Assembly: GCA_951406725.2 (NCBI GenBank)
Contig: OX597818.1
Span: forward strand, 186,001-250,000
Source of the DNA: Octopus vulgaris
Taxonomy: Eukaryota
DNA: 64,000 nt
Direction of reading: 5' to 3'
The position numbers were made by a program, and so were the translations under genes. The number at the start of each line of letters is the position of its first letter. Within the stretch, counting starts at the first letter, position 1. The notes under the pieces are model-generated. The model saw nothing but the letters and a program-made list of their open reading frames with translations. It had not been told where the DNA came from and ran no database searches. Of the stretch, positions 1 to 13,499 are shown one piece after another.

Positions 1-8
1 ATATAATT

Positions 9-420
9 TAGAGAAAAACCACTATTAAACAATTCAATAAAGGAAGATGCTATTCACACCATATAGAAAAAATATACTATAAAAAAACCTTATTTTAAAT
101 CAATAAAGTACAATAAATAGTAAATAGTAGTAAAAAGACTACACATGTTTCATGGCTATATTTTCAAATAGATAATAATAATAAAATCTACTATATAAAT
201 AGAATTAATTTTAGTTCGATTTAATTTTGAATCGAATTGATTTTATTATTATTATCTATTTGAAAATATAGCCATGAAACGTGTGTAGTCTTTTTACTAA
301 TTTTTACTATTTATTGTACTTTATTGATTTAAAATAAGGCTTTTTTTTATAGTATATGTTTTCTATATAGTGTGAATAATATCTTCCTTTATTGAATTGT
401 TTAATAGTGGTTTTTCTCTA
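9..420. repeat. Long inverted repeat (~180-bp arms at 9-188 and 239-420, ~50-bp spacer); foldback or Penelope-type terminal-repeat remnant
   Basis: Arm 1 (tagagaaaaaccactattaaac...gataataataataaaatc) is the near-perfect reverse complement of arm 2 (gattttattattattatc...gtttaatagtggtttttctcta). Confidence 0.9.
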
Positions 421-693
421 TATATTGTGAAATTTGATTTAAAATTGTTAAATTGAATTTTTCCCTGTAATATAGTACCTTTATTGATGAATGCAAAATA
501 TTTCTCTCACTTTGACTTGAAATTTGTTTTCATTTTCATATCTTCATTTCTGACATGTTGATGATGCCATCTTACTTTGCAAATTTTTTCACAGAAACTT
601 GTATACAAAAATTGTATCCAAAGTCTACCAACTAAGTATGAGTGGCTGCATGGCTTGTATTAAATGTGCTAATGTACATGATAAGAGTGTGGT

Positions 694-861
694 CAAGGCT
701 CTGCAGTTGGTATGTTGTGGCACACTGGTGTGCTACAAAATGATGCTAGGTGTGCTGAATTTTTTCTCTGTATTTTTAGTTTTATTTTTATTTCAGGTGT
801 GCCACCAAATTTTGAAAAAAATATAAGTGTACCACGAGTGATAAAAGGTTGCGGAGCACTG
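694..861. mobile_element. Short non-autonomous DNA transposon (hAT/Charlie-like MITE)
   Basis: Degenerate terminal inverted repeats caaggctctgcag... / ...ggttgcggagcactg, with internal ggtgtgcc(a/t) motifs typical of Charlie-type MITEs. Confidence 0.45.
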
Positions 862-3800
862 GACCAATCTCATCTCCTCTTGTACACACTAATGTTTAAT
901 CTTCTCACTCATGACATCAGTCTTCTGCTGTCTTAAATTTCTTTAATCCCTCTGCATCCTACTATTCCTACCCTCAACACTAAAGAACAAAGCTTTCCTC
1001 AGACCTGGCATTATCATTTAGAATTATTCTTGTTACTTATTGCTGTATTAATGGTTGAATGAAATAACATAAATTATTAAGTTAATAGTTATATCGATAT
1101 TGTTCTAAGCATGTAATGCAACAATGGCCATTGTGAAAATCAAAATGTGAGGAGCAGTGAAAGATAAAGAACAGAAGAGACATAAAATAAAATTTCCCAT
1201 TTACTGTCACTTTCAAGTGTGAGTAAAGCACTGTAGTGTTTTGAAAGAGAGTAAATGAAAATAACATTCTACATGCTAACATCGTATCATTACATGTATC
1301 TGCCTGGTCAGAATTTGAATGGGAAATATGTTGAGAAAGTCAGATAGTACAAAACTAAAATAGAAGGGGTAGAAATTTAAAAATTCATTCCAATTTTATA
1401 ATCAGCTTTATGTGAAATAGTTTGGGAATGCCATTCTCCCTTCTCACAAAAGTAAGGAAAACTGTTCAGACAGCATTACACTGCTGTATCAATACATACC
1501 CAATAATTTATAAAGCTTGTTTTTTTTCCTTTGTTTTTATACTTGTATATAAACTGTGATAATGAAAGAGCTCAGCCAACATATTTCCATGAGCCACTAA
1601 TATCAATGGTCAAAGAACTGCTGTTAGGCCATCCCTGTTCCATACTGGTTTATGTTAGCAATATAGATGGTTTTACAAGAAATATGGAATGTAACTGCTG
1701 CAACTTCCAGTCAATTAACTTTTATATTTTTTAACTTCTGAAACTGAATGTTAACCCTATGCTGAGCACAGTAAGAGGCAAACTTGGCCAGCCAAGGCCT
1801 TAACACCATTTCATAGGACCTGTCAGTGAAGCATTTCTTCCAACCTGTAGCATTTGAGATGTTTAGAGGGACTGGGCCGCTAATGGCAAAGTTCTTGTCC
1901 ATCATTGGCAGCTCACCTTACCGAGGTGCCCTTGAGGGTGCTTGGCTGTTCCAAGCCATTACTCACAGTAATTCTGTAAGCATGTTGGCTTGCTTCAGTA
2001 GGTTCTGTTGACTCTTGTGGTATGTGACCATTTGTGGCACTTGGTGTTGAATTGATGTGGGTGTTTTTCTTTTCTTTCTTTTTCCCATTTCTTTCTCCTA
2101 GTTTTGGATTTGGATTTTTAATGTGGTTTTGTATTATATATATATCTTATACATAAGTATTATATTCCAAAAAGTCCCCAGTTGAAGTAGTCACACTTCA
2201 CTCCATTAATGTTCCTGAGTAAGTTGTTTCCTGTTCCTTGCTTAAAATTTAGAAACTGTTTGGTGAAAAGACAACAACATTTTAAGATTTTCCCAGTTTA
2301 CTCAACACTTTGCAATTATTTGTAATTCAATGGTACAACAGTGTAAAAGTTTGCTTTGACATTCACTTACATTGTGATTTCTGCAATGTGGTGCATAAAT
2401 TGTCAAGTAAATGAGAGGCATCTTTGCCTCCACTGATTCAGTTGTTACTTCTCGTTGTTTACCTTATAACAGTACTGTAAAATTATATTTTCTATTACAG
2501 CTTTTAAAATTCAATTCACATCCACCTCTTGTGCCCCTTACAACACTTTCACTTAACATCTACCTGTCAAGCCCCATATAATATTTCAATGAATGACTGC
2601 CTGTCATAGTCACATGACCCCTATAACACTTTCAATTGATGTCTACTTTTAATAGTCCTTTGGCCCTATAACAGTTCACTTAATGTCTGTCTCATCACAC
2701 AAGTGTTTTCTTATTATATATCAGCTTTCTTGTTATTTTTCTTAATTATCCATGATATATATTTTACTTGCCTTATGGCATTATCAACTTAAACTAACGA
2801 TAACACCATATTCCCAACAATTTCTACACACAAAATTTTTTTTTATTAGCTATTCAATTTTTTCTCATCTGTTTCTCAACAAATTAATTTTTTTATTCTT
2901 TTCTAAAAACCATCCATGAAGTGTGTAACCAAAATGGCGGTCATTTTTACCATACAACCTTAGTGATATTTTTAAATGCTGAAAGGAATATATAATTAAA
3001 ACTTAAAATAAACATTTCATATTGATGACACTGTCAGATCTTATCATTTGCCTATAAACACCTCATTATATTTCAGATAAAAATATAATGTTAACAATAA
3101 AGCAACTTGTTTATTCTGTTATAGTCTATACCACCATCCCAGTCACTTATTATTTTTATATTTTTAAACCAATCTGTTTAACTCAATGGCCAATTCTTGT
3201 TTGAGACAATCCTTATTATTTTTATTGTTCTATTTTTATGTTCGTTGTGTTTCTACTGAAGCTTCTTAGCCAATTATATATTCTTTCTGTGTGTAAGTTT
3301 ATAAAAATATAACTATTTGAATCAATTTATTTTGGTGTTTTTATGTTCCTGTAAACTAACATTTCAGCAAAAGAGACTGATGGAATAAGCACCAGGCTTA
3401 TTAAAAATTAAGTCCTAGGGTCGATTCCTTCAACTAAAAATTCTTCAAGGTGGTACCCCTGCATGGCTGCAGTCTAATGACTGAAACAAGTATAAGATGA
3501 AAAAAAAATGCAATTGTTCATAAATTTTTTTTTTAAATAAAACAGAGCTATCCATTTCAGAATCAGCAACATCTTTAAGGTTCTAGAATTAATTTAAGTA
3601 ATTAAAAGTAATTAAATTTTTAATTACATCTGATCACCTCAACTTGAAAATACTTTGTCCGTATATAAAACAAAATCTAAATCACAGACATGGAAAATAA
3701 TAATTTTATATATCAGACCATTGAACAAGCTTTTCATAAAGTTACTTCAGAATTGTGTTGGAACTTGTTCAGCTTTCTCTTTGTTATTATCATGAACCAG

Positions 3801-5707
3801 ACACAATGTTGCTACTTTTATGGTGAAGGAGCAGAAATTGTGTGAAAAAGAAAATATGTATTTATGTATAGGTGAAACAAAATGTGTATATGAGAGTAAG
3901 AGAGAAAAAAGGTGTGTTTGTGAGCGAGAGTGTGATATTTTTACGTTTACTAAGCGAAAATTTACTTAATATTGTGAAAAATATTTGATAATTGAGTAAG
4001 GTAGATGTAAAACAATTTTGGAGATTCTCCTGCTGAGAACTAAATTCTCTGTAATTTGTCATTCTAAAACCATAAATTTAATTCCCAATAGAGATTTTTT
4101 TTTTCTTTTACAGAAATCCTATTTTAATCATTGACTTTTAAAAATTGCAATAACATCATCAGTGTTAATAATAATTTTCATGTGTGATAAATATAAATTC
4201 CCATAGTTATCTTTATTGCTTTTCTGTATGAAAAGATAGCTTGAACAGACACAGACATTGTTGTTCATATATATGAATAAACATAGTTTACCATAATTTA
4301 GTGGTAGCAGACAGATTTATTGAGTTCCCATTAGTGTTCCTGGAAACCATGAACCCTTTCAGTTGACCTCACTTCTCTGTCAGAGCAGTTTTATGCATGA
4401 TGTCTATTAAATCTGAGAGGGAACACCTAACCATTTCTTTCATTTATAATATAGATCCCTGTCTGTTTTTGAAGTCAATAAAGGAACAACAGTACCCTCA
4501 ACCTGTTTTCAAACTGATAGGGGGAAGTTAAATGTACTCAGACCAGATACTTGGCCTCAATGCATGTGACAGAGTGAACACAGCTAAAGACACCAAAGAC
4601 CAGCTGGGACTGTTAAACTGAATGACCATCCCACCCTGCAAGAACAGAGAATGTGGCTCTAACAAGCTTCTACACAGTTTCCTTCTTCAGAATTTCACTC
4701 ACATAGTTTTGGTCAACCCCCTCCCCTTGTGCTCTGGAATTGAACCTGAAATCACCTAGCTGTGAAGTGATCTTCCTACAACCATGTTGTTATTATATAT
4801 TTAACTTAGGCAATATGAGATGTTGTGATGTTAATGTATTTCTTTGAACCATTACTGTTTGGTGTATGCAAATGTGTTTCGACTGGGAATTGAAACTTCT
4901 GCATTCTCAGTATCAATAAATACAACATATACAAATCATCATCATCATCATCGTCTTTTTAACCTCCACTTTTCCATTCTTGAATGGGTTGGACTGAATC
5001 TGTTTGTTTGAGGCAGATTTTCTATGGCTGGATGTTTTTCCTGTTGCCAACCCTGACTTGCTTCTAAGCATGATAATATTTTCCCATGATCAGCCATGGT
5101 TTTCATGGCAGATTGGAAACAAACAACAATGCCTGTACAATAGAGATGCTAGCTTATCACCATCATATGATATCAAGACAAGAGTACACCAACTCACACT
5201 CATATGTATGCATATGATGGGCTCCTTTCAGTTCCCATCTACCAAATTTTACTCAAGGCTTTGATTGGCCTAGGGCTATGGTAGAAGACATTCAAAATTC
5301 CACACAGTGGAACTGAACCTGAAACTGTGTGGTTGAGAAGCAAACATCTTAACCATGTGTGTTTAAACACATATTTGTATTGAGAAAGGATCTGTGGTGA
5401 GAAAGGATTTCATAGTTGTCCTTGCAAACTGGTATGTCCCCTGCATCCCTCTTCAGCTGAGCAATCCTAACCTTGTGTTCTTGTAAGTGCTGATGCCACA
5501 TAAAAAGTACCTGTGCAGGTGCCACATAAAGCACTCAGTATACTCTGTAAAGTGGTTGGCTCTAGGAAGGGCATTCAGCTGTACCAAAGCAGACATAGAA
5601 CCTGGACAGCTCTTCAGATGGCCAGCTCCTGTCAAACTGTCCAACTTATGCCAGCTTGGAAGACAGATGTTAAATAATGATTTAAATGCTCATATTCAGA
5701 TGTCTAT

Positions 5708-5925
5708 TTAACTCTTTAGTATTTAATCCAGCCATATCAGGTAATAAATATTCTACCCGTTTTATGTTCAGACAGGCCAGATCTGGCCTCTCACACCTAC
5801 TCTAAAAATAAACAATCACATCATTGAAATTTTAAAGCTACAAAATAAATAATGCATGTTCAATTCAAAAGAATGTAAATAACTAAGCATTACACTTGAG
5901 AGAATCTGTATGCTTAAAGAATTAA
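5708..5925. mobile_element. piggyBac-like MITE (copy 1 of 3)
   Basis: Bounded by TTAA; shares internal sequence (agccatatc...attctacc...ggccagatctggcctctcacaccta) with the copies at 12.1 kb and 22.8 kb. Confidence 0.55.
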
Positions 5926-6299
5926 ATGTTTAACAACCTTTAAATGTGTACTTTGTTAAATGAACAAACCTATAACCAACTTCACCATCCAACTTTTACT
6001 TCCTTTGGAATTTTTTCCAACTAAGGTTCATTCCATTAATTCACTCTGTTGAAACTTTCCATGTATTAGAAATAGTAGTCAAATTCCCCTCAAATCTACA
6101 AGCTTAAGAACAAAACAACATACATTAAATAATGAAATCCTAGATATACTATTCATGAAAACCAGAGTGGTCATGGCAAGAAATACTTTGATTATAGGCT
6201 TGCTCAGTCAAGGTAGACCTGGGATTAAACAACTGTTTACTTCAACAGTAAATCCTCAACAATTTTTGAAACCAAGACAATTTCTGAATCTTTTATCTT

Positions 6300-6667
6300 T
6301 TATCTTTTATTAGTTTCAGTCATTAGACTGTGGCCTTGCTTGGGCATCACCTTGAAGAATTTTAATTAAACGAATTGACCCCAGTACCTAGTATTTTTTT
6401 GTTAATTCTGATACTAATTCTATCAGTCTTCTTTGCTGAACTGCAAAGTTACAGGGGTGTATACACACCAACATGGGTTGTCAAGTGGTGGTGGGGGACA
6501 GACAGACAAACACATATATTATGTGATGGGCTTCTTTCAGTTTCCATCTACCTAATCCACTCACAAGGCGTTGATCAGCATAAGACACTTGCTCAAGGTG
6601 ACAAGTAGTGGGACTGAACCTGGAACCATGAGGTTGGAAAGTAAACTTCTTACCACACAGCCATGCC
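6300..6667 (-). mobile_element. tRNA-derived SINE (dominant family in this window)
   Basis: Reverse-complement similarity to the 9605-10030 copy (tttcagtcatt...gactgtggcc...; accacacagccatgcct head). Confidence 0.8.
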
Positions 6668-9604
6668 TGATAAAATAACGAAATTTTTTTTTTATCAAAA
6701 TTTATTTTATTTTGAACATCTAAAAACCAAGTCACTAGAATATCTTCTTCGTTGTATCTGTTGCTGAAATATCAATCTAAATAGCCAAAGGAAACTTAGA
6801 GGCAATAATTTACAAAATTATTATTATTAAAATTATAATTTACAAAAGTATTGACAAAATAAAACACATTTTTTTAATTATTTACTTAAAAACAAAATTT
6901 GTAATATTCTTCAAATGCATTTAGTCATTCTTAATTTCTTTCAAGTCTTTCCTCTTCGTTGGTATTAATTTGGCCCATTGTTCATTTTATAATCCATAAG
7001 CATTGATTAAATTTTCAGAAGGAATCTTAATTTCATTATAATCAAACATTAATAAACTCATAAAAATTGATAATTTTTTTTCGTCAAGTCTTTGTTGTAC
7101 AGATATTGTTGTGGTATATATTGTTTTATATGTGAGGTTTTGTTCTCAATTTACACTATCTGATTACTTAAACATCTTTATTGATATTGGCCACGAAGGG
7201 TCAGTCATGATAAATTATATTGATTTCAACCATGCTTTTGATATAATCACTGAGATTCTTTAGAAATTATCCCATATTGCTTTGGTAGATACCAAATTTT
7301 TCATTATTATTATTAACAATTCTGATTGAGTTGATAACAATGAAGATAGTTAGTGGAACCAAAAGTAGTTCATTTCTTTATTCTCCTATATTGCATAACC
7401 TTACCATTGACTTTTTGTTGAGACAAATACTGTGATAAATCGCAGAAGATTGCAAAAGATTTGCAGATGATATAGCATCATTTACGTGGAGCTACAGCAA
7501 AGATATGCAGAAAAAATGGAAGAACCAATCACCCTTGCAGATTAAACCATTTAAAAATTGAGCTACACATAATTCTTATGTCTTCATTATCAGTGGGTCT
7601 TCCCCACCCACCTCCCTTTTAAAATGGGCTAAGATCGCCATTTTAGATATATTTCATGGAATGAAATTGCTGATGCCAATGATTAGAGAAAATAGAGATC
7701 ATGAATACTCCCAGGGCCAGAATTATAAATATTAAATCATTATAAAGCTTTAGTAGCAATGAGTTAGTTAGCCTACTTCAGAAGTTTCAGAGAATTTTAA
7801 ACAGTAACAGTAAACTAAAGACCTTCACAAAGTTGTGTGTTTTCAACTTGAATGTCATGTTGATTTTAAATTTAACTCATGGAAGCTGAAGTATTGTCAC
7901 AGAAACTGACTTTAAAAAATGGATTTATTAGAGAACGTCTTCATTTATCATCCGTCTTCCATGCTGGCATGAGTTGGGCAGTTTGAGAGGAGCTGACAAG
8001 CCAGAAGACTGTTGAGCACCAATGTCTATTTTGGCATGTTTTCTACAGTTTGATGCTTTTCCTAACTCCAACCATTTTACAGAGTGTACTCCATGCCTTT
8101 GTTTTTTTTTGTGGTACCAGCACTAGTGATGTCACCAAGTAAATCACACAGCAAAAGTTCCTTAAGTGATAGGGTCAGTATTGATGGCAGTGGCTTTCTG
8201 CCAGGTGTTGATAGGCTAAAGTACGGTGTTTTACTGTGGAGGAGATATATGACTACCCCAGCAGGAAAGGTAAAGATGGAGTGTACACTCAAGGAACAAG
8301 AAGGTGGATAAAGATAGAGTAATGACAGAGAATTGAGGATGGTTGGGTGTCAAAAGAATTTTTTTACATGCTTTTCTTTTGCTGTTTATGAGTACCAGCT
8401 AAGTACTGGTTGCAACTTTTCCTTCTCCATTGAATGTGCCACTGAGTTATCAGTAAATGGACTGACAGGCTGCTTTTGTCTGCTCATTGCAACAATGGCA
8501 CCCAAAACAATTATTTTAAATATGGTACGTTCTGCCAAGTCATACTCTCTTACAAGTGGGACAAAAAAGAGAGAAAAAAACAGCAAGCTATTTCTATTTT
8601 TGGTATAAACCCTCTTCAGACTCTGATTCTATGATATGAAACTGGCTATTTTACAGTGTTATATGAGCAATGTATTTTTTCCTTTGGTACCAATCCCCAT
8701 AGTGACTGCTTATGGTTCTATGGTTTGAAGCTGACTATCTAAGGTGCTTCTATAAAAATCAAACCTTCTGTCATAATTTTTGGTAAATATCAAACATTGG
8801 CTTATTAATGCAGAAATTAGACATTTCACAAAATTCCTCAAAATTCTTCCTTATATCCAAAATTGAAACACATTGACAGCATTTCATTAGGAATATGGTT
8901 ACAAATGAGTTATGTTGGCAATCATGTTGGTGGAAGGGCAGTGAATGAAGGTAAAGCAGGCTCTAGGTTAGTGTCTGGGACTAGAATAAAGAATATGCTC
9001 AGACACAAAAATGTAAAAATTTAGTCTAAAAGTTAACTGAAACTAGTTATCCAAATTAGCACCAAGTAAGTGTTTGATCTTTATGTGTACTGTCTTAGAA
9101 GAAGTAATGATTACACTGTAAAACATGATTTTTGTCCTTGGGTAGCAACTGTTATTTTCTGTTTGTTTACCCTTAGAAAGCATGAAAGATGGTTAATATT
9201 TCCTTCAAGTTACGCTTCTATTAGATTTATTCAAACCAAAGAATCACTCTCAACACATGGATATGATGCTCACCCACTGCACATGATTAAAGATGCACAT
9301 ATAGTCAGCCTCTAAGGGACATGCTCAAGTGTTTTAAGGTCAAGCAACTGACAAGCAGATCTGTGGTATTGAACAGAATATTTGCTATAACAATATTTCT
9401 GCTTCAGCAACTAAGCACTGAATCTGTCTGAAATGTGACAGAAAATAGGTAAGTTCCAAAACAATGCCCAGGTCACAAAAACAAAGTTTGAAAGGAATAG
9501 TAATCATTTCCTTTGATTTCTAGTTAGAAGCAAACAGGAAATAACACTTATTGACAAAAAGAAATTTTGTCACAGTGTTATTAACTATAACTCCTACGAC
9601 TATA

Positions 9605-9771
9605 GGCATAGGAGTGGCTGTGTGGTAAGTAGCTTGCTTACGAACCATATAGTTCCGGGTTCAGTCCCACTGCATGGCACCTTGGGCAAGTGTCTTCTAC
9701 TATAGCCTCAGGCTGACCAAAGCCTTGTGAGTGGATTTGGTAGACGGAAACTGAAAGAAGCCTGTTGCATA

Positions 9772-9830
<59 letters not shown>

Positions 9831-10030
9831 TTGTGTCTGTGTTTGTCCCCCCAATATTGCTTGACAACCGATGCTGGTGTGTTTATGTCCCCATAACTTA
9901 GCCGTTTGGCAAAAGAGACTGATAGAATAAGTACTAGGCTTACAAAGAATAAGTCCTGGGGTCGATTTGTTCGACTAAAGGCAGTACTCCAGCATGACCA
10001 CAGTCAAATGACTGAAACAAGTAAAAGAGT
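9605..10030 (+). mobile_element. Full-length tRNA-derived SINE with internal (GT)n microsatellite
   Basis: A-box-like tggctgtgtggtaag and B-box-like ggttcagtccc head, conserved body ccttgggcaagtgtcttctactatagcc, tail gactgaaacaagtaaaagag; many related copies in this window. Confidence 0.9.
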
Positions 10031-10624
10031 AACTGGTGTAGATAAAATCTAATTCAGCTATGTTGTGACAACTGTATTGTATGAAGTCAAGGTAAGAAGG
10101 AAATCAAATCTACCTGCCTACTCACTACATACCTATCGACATACCTGTCAGATGAAGACATCCTAACATGGCTGGTGAGCTGTCCAGATTCTTCCACAAA
10201 TTCCACAAATAGTTACCAACACAGACCATTACCAGTATCTTTGGATTCTGGATTTTAACCCTGTTAGACTTGAATTGGCCTAGTCAGTCTTGCAGTATTT
10301 TTTCCAGCATTTTGCATTCTGAGATCAAATCCTTCTGAGGTCAGCTTTGCCTTTCAACCCTCTGGGGTCCATGAAGAACCAATCTGGGGTAGTGAACTAA
10401 TGGTATTGTTACAGTGCTAAATGTGATGTTATGATATTGGTTCTGATTCATGGTGTTTTTAGTTCAAATCCTGTCCAGTCTAGACTTAATCTGTTCTCCA
10501 GTCCTTAGAGTCTTTAGTGGAGTCCACTTTTTTGCAAACATTCAGGCTAGGTGTCCAGTTTGAGGATACCTTTCTCCCTACCTCCCACCTACCAGGCTCG
10601 CTCTTGACTAAGAAATCCATCAAT

Positions 10625-10998
10625 TGGTTGAGCCTATCTCTATCTATCTGCTTACATCTCTACTTCTTTACCTACCTCACTATCACCTTAGCTACCTATC
10701 TACTCATCTACCTTGCTATTACATACCTACCTAGCTGTCTATCCACTCCCTATCTTACTGTCTATTGCCTATACACCTACAATCACCTTTCTACCTACCT
10801 GTCCACATACCAGTTTACCTATCCATCAAATTATACATCTGCCTACTTGCCCCTCTATTTATCTGTCTGTCTGTGTGGCTGTCTATTTCTGCCTGTCTGT
10901 CTAGCCATGTACTTCTCTATCCAACTGTTTATCTGTATATATCTCTAACTACCAACTAACCCTTCCGTGCCTGTCCCTCCTTCTGTTAGTCTGTCTAA
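10625..10998. repeat. Degenerate (TACC/TATC/TGTC)n tetranucleotide low-complexity tract
   Basis: Visible tetranucleotide periodicity; accounts for the ORFs at 10517-10959. Confidence 0.8.
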
Positions 10999-12078
10999 TT
11001 TAAAAATTCAAGAACATTGATAATTAATAATAAAGTCAGTTACAATCTCATAAACTCATAATAAACAGATGCAGCACAAAGAATCTTGATTCAATTTAAG
11101 ACCAAAATTTTGTGATATATTATTACAGAATTCTCTATTGAGAGAAACAACGACTTGAAATTTTTACTGGTACTGAGATATGAATTATACTTTTTTCTTC
11201 CTTATTATTTTTTTAAAACCATTTTTGACACCTAGAAATAATTGAAGACAGAACAATGTGGAGCATTCTTTGACAATCAGTGGTACTAGAATCAAATAAA
11301 ATTCATGGCATGAAAACGAATTAGTATTTTTGTTTATTCATTAAGAAGTGTGTAATATTTGACAGAACATTCAATGGTGATGCTGACGATGATAGTGATG
11401 CTGATTGTAGTGGTTGGTGGTTGTGCGCACTATTATAATAAAATATATCTTTCTGTTACAAAGATATGTTGATGAAAATTAAGAGGATATTTTATCCAAG
11501 TCCAATTCTGATCAAAATAATGAGTAATTTCATCATTTTTGATGTAAGACTAAACAACTATTGGACTACTACCACTACTTTTTCTAAGGGTGGGGTGTGT
11601 ATATATCTTATATTTGATTGCAGGCAGTGTGGTTAAGAGGTTTCCTTTCCAACTACATGATACTGAGTTCAACCATATTGTGCAAATGTTGGGCAAGTGT
11701 CTTGTATTATAGTCTTGGGCTGACCAAAAACTTGTTTTAGATGGAAACTGAGAGGAAGCCTGTCTGGAGGATCATTCCAATTCTTGCTTCAAAAGCATAA
11801 TTCATAACTCATCTCACTACTGCCTGATAATTGAGTGTCTTTTGTAAAATCTACTACAGTACCTCTCAAAAGTGGGGTGAAGCAGTGGAAAATTTTATAT
11901 GGTACTGGGGACAAAAGAAGTATTGTGAGGAGTCAGTAAATGATTTTTCTATCTCCTTTATTTTCCAAAATATTTTCAGCTTATATTCTCTCTCTGTGAA
12001 TCATTAGTTTTTAGTTGTAGGAATGTTATTTTGACATTCCATTTATATTAATGAAATTACTTTTGTGCAGGTAGTCTT

Positions 12079-12301
12079 TTAACCATTTAACATTCAAACC
12101 AGCCATATCCAGCCCACATATTCTACCTGTCTTATGTTCAAACTGGGCAGATCCAGCTTCTCACACCTACCCTACAATGTCATTCTGAAAATTTGCAATC
12201 ACATCATTGAAATCTCAAAGCTACATGATAATGTATGATTAATTTTTAAAATGCAAATAAATATTACATTTTACTAAGTAATCTGAATGTTAAAGGGTTA
12301 A
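12079..12301. mobile_element. piggyBac-like MITE (copy 2)
   Basis: ttaa-ccatttaacattca ... tgaatgttaaagggttaa: inverted termini flanked by TTAA. Confidence 0.7.
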
Positions 12302-13062
12302 CTGTTGGCAGCAATTATATGTGGTGTATGTTTGGTGCAAAGAGTGGTGGTGTTGAAAGTGTGTTAGTAAAAGAAAGGATGGAGTGAAGGCAGTGGGGGG
12401 GACAATACTTACAAAAAGGTGGTCTACCATATTGTAAACTTTTAGGGCCAGATTCCCAGTTTGAGGATAATTCTCCTCTTTCTTCTCCCTTATCACACAA
12501 ATCCTAAAAAAGGGCCAAAGGTGTTGCTCTTCTTTCTCACACTATTACATAGCATAACTTAATCCAATAATAGATGTGTTGGTTGAGTATATAAATATTG
12601 TCAGTTGCAACCCACCTAAATTACAAGTCTAAATAACTGCTGATATATTTCAGAGAAGCTGCAGAAAAATGGGTTCAGTAGAATATGAAATAGGAATTAA
12701 ATTTATTTATCAAGATTTATGGAATTTTCATATTTCTGGCAAGTATAGTCAATAAATACAGACATGGTTTTAGTCTTAATTTGACCGCCTCAGTGAAACA
12801 TCACCTTCACCATATTGTCAGAAATAGTGTTGACACCATAATTAAATAAACACATATGGTTGTCCCTTGATTGGTGTAAAGAAAAGGATTCTTCAGCCAT
12901 TAGGTAACTCAGACAACATCTGTATGAAAAGTAAATTAGTGTCAATATTTATAATGGAAGGAGTATTATAAAGAAAAGTAGAATTAATAAGCTGTGAGAA
13001 GAAAAAGCGATGTTCGTCAATGACTGTTGGTGTGTTTTTTTCTGGCAAACATTGGAATCAAT

Positions 13063-13104
13063 CTCTGAGCATGTTTCAGTCTCATTTTGACCTCATCAGT
13101 AAAG
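13063..13104 (-). ncRNA. Degenerate minimal hammerhead-ribozyme-like motif (Penelope type)
   Basis: Minus strand reads CTGATGA-GGTC-aaaatga-GACT-GAAA-CATG-ct-cagag, i.e. CUGANGA / stem II / GAAA / palindromic stem III; the cleavage triplet appears mutated. Confidence 0.45.
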
Positions 13105-13181
13105 CATATCTGACACTGTATTTGCCAAAGAAGTGATGAAACAATTACTAAATAAGTTTACAATAGTTGAGATAAAGTATA

Positions 13182-13216
<35 letters not shown>

Positions 13217-13499
13217 ATACAAATAAGAAGGTGATATTTAGTGATATTTTTTAACACTTATAATAGAACACAAATTTGTTTGTTTACATTTATGCACACA
13301 TGGTTGTGCCATAAACCTAAAGTATTTAGCATCTAAATTCGGCCGTGAATTTGTCAGCAGACAGTTTAGCTTAATGGCCAAGCACTCAGTAGGAGTCTTT
13401 GAGGAATGTGGGCTTGAGTCCCATGGCTGATTGTTGACAAATTTTTCTACTTTGTAAAGGCAATTTACCCAGTATTTCTGATGTTCTGATGGCAACTCT

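Noticed and set aside
7150-7750. Very old LINE RT remnant
   Set aside because: Only faint motif traces (…FADD…); too degraded to call with confidence.
9605-9680. tRNA gene
   Set aside because: The A/B-box-like head belongs to a SINE; no complete cloverleaf.
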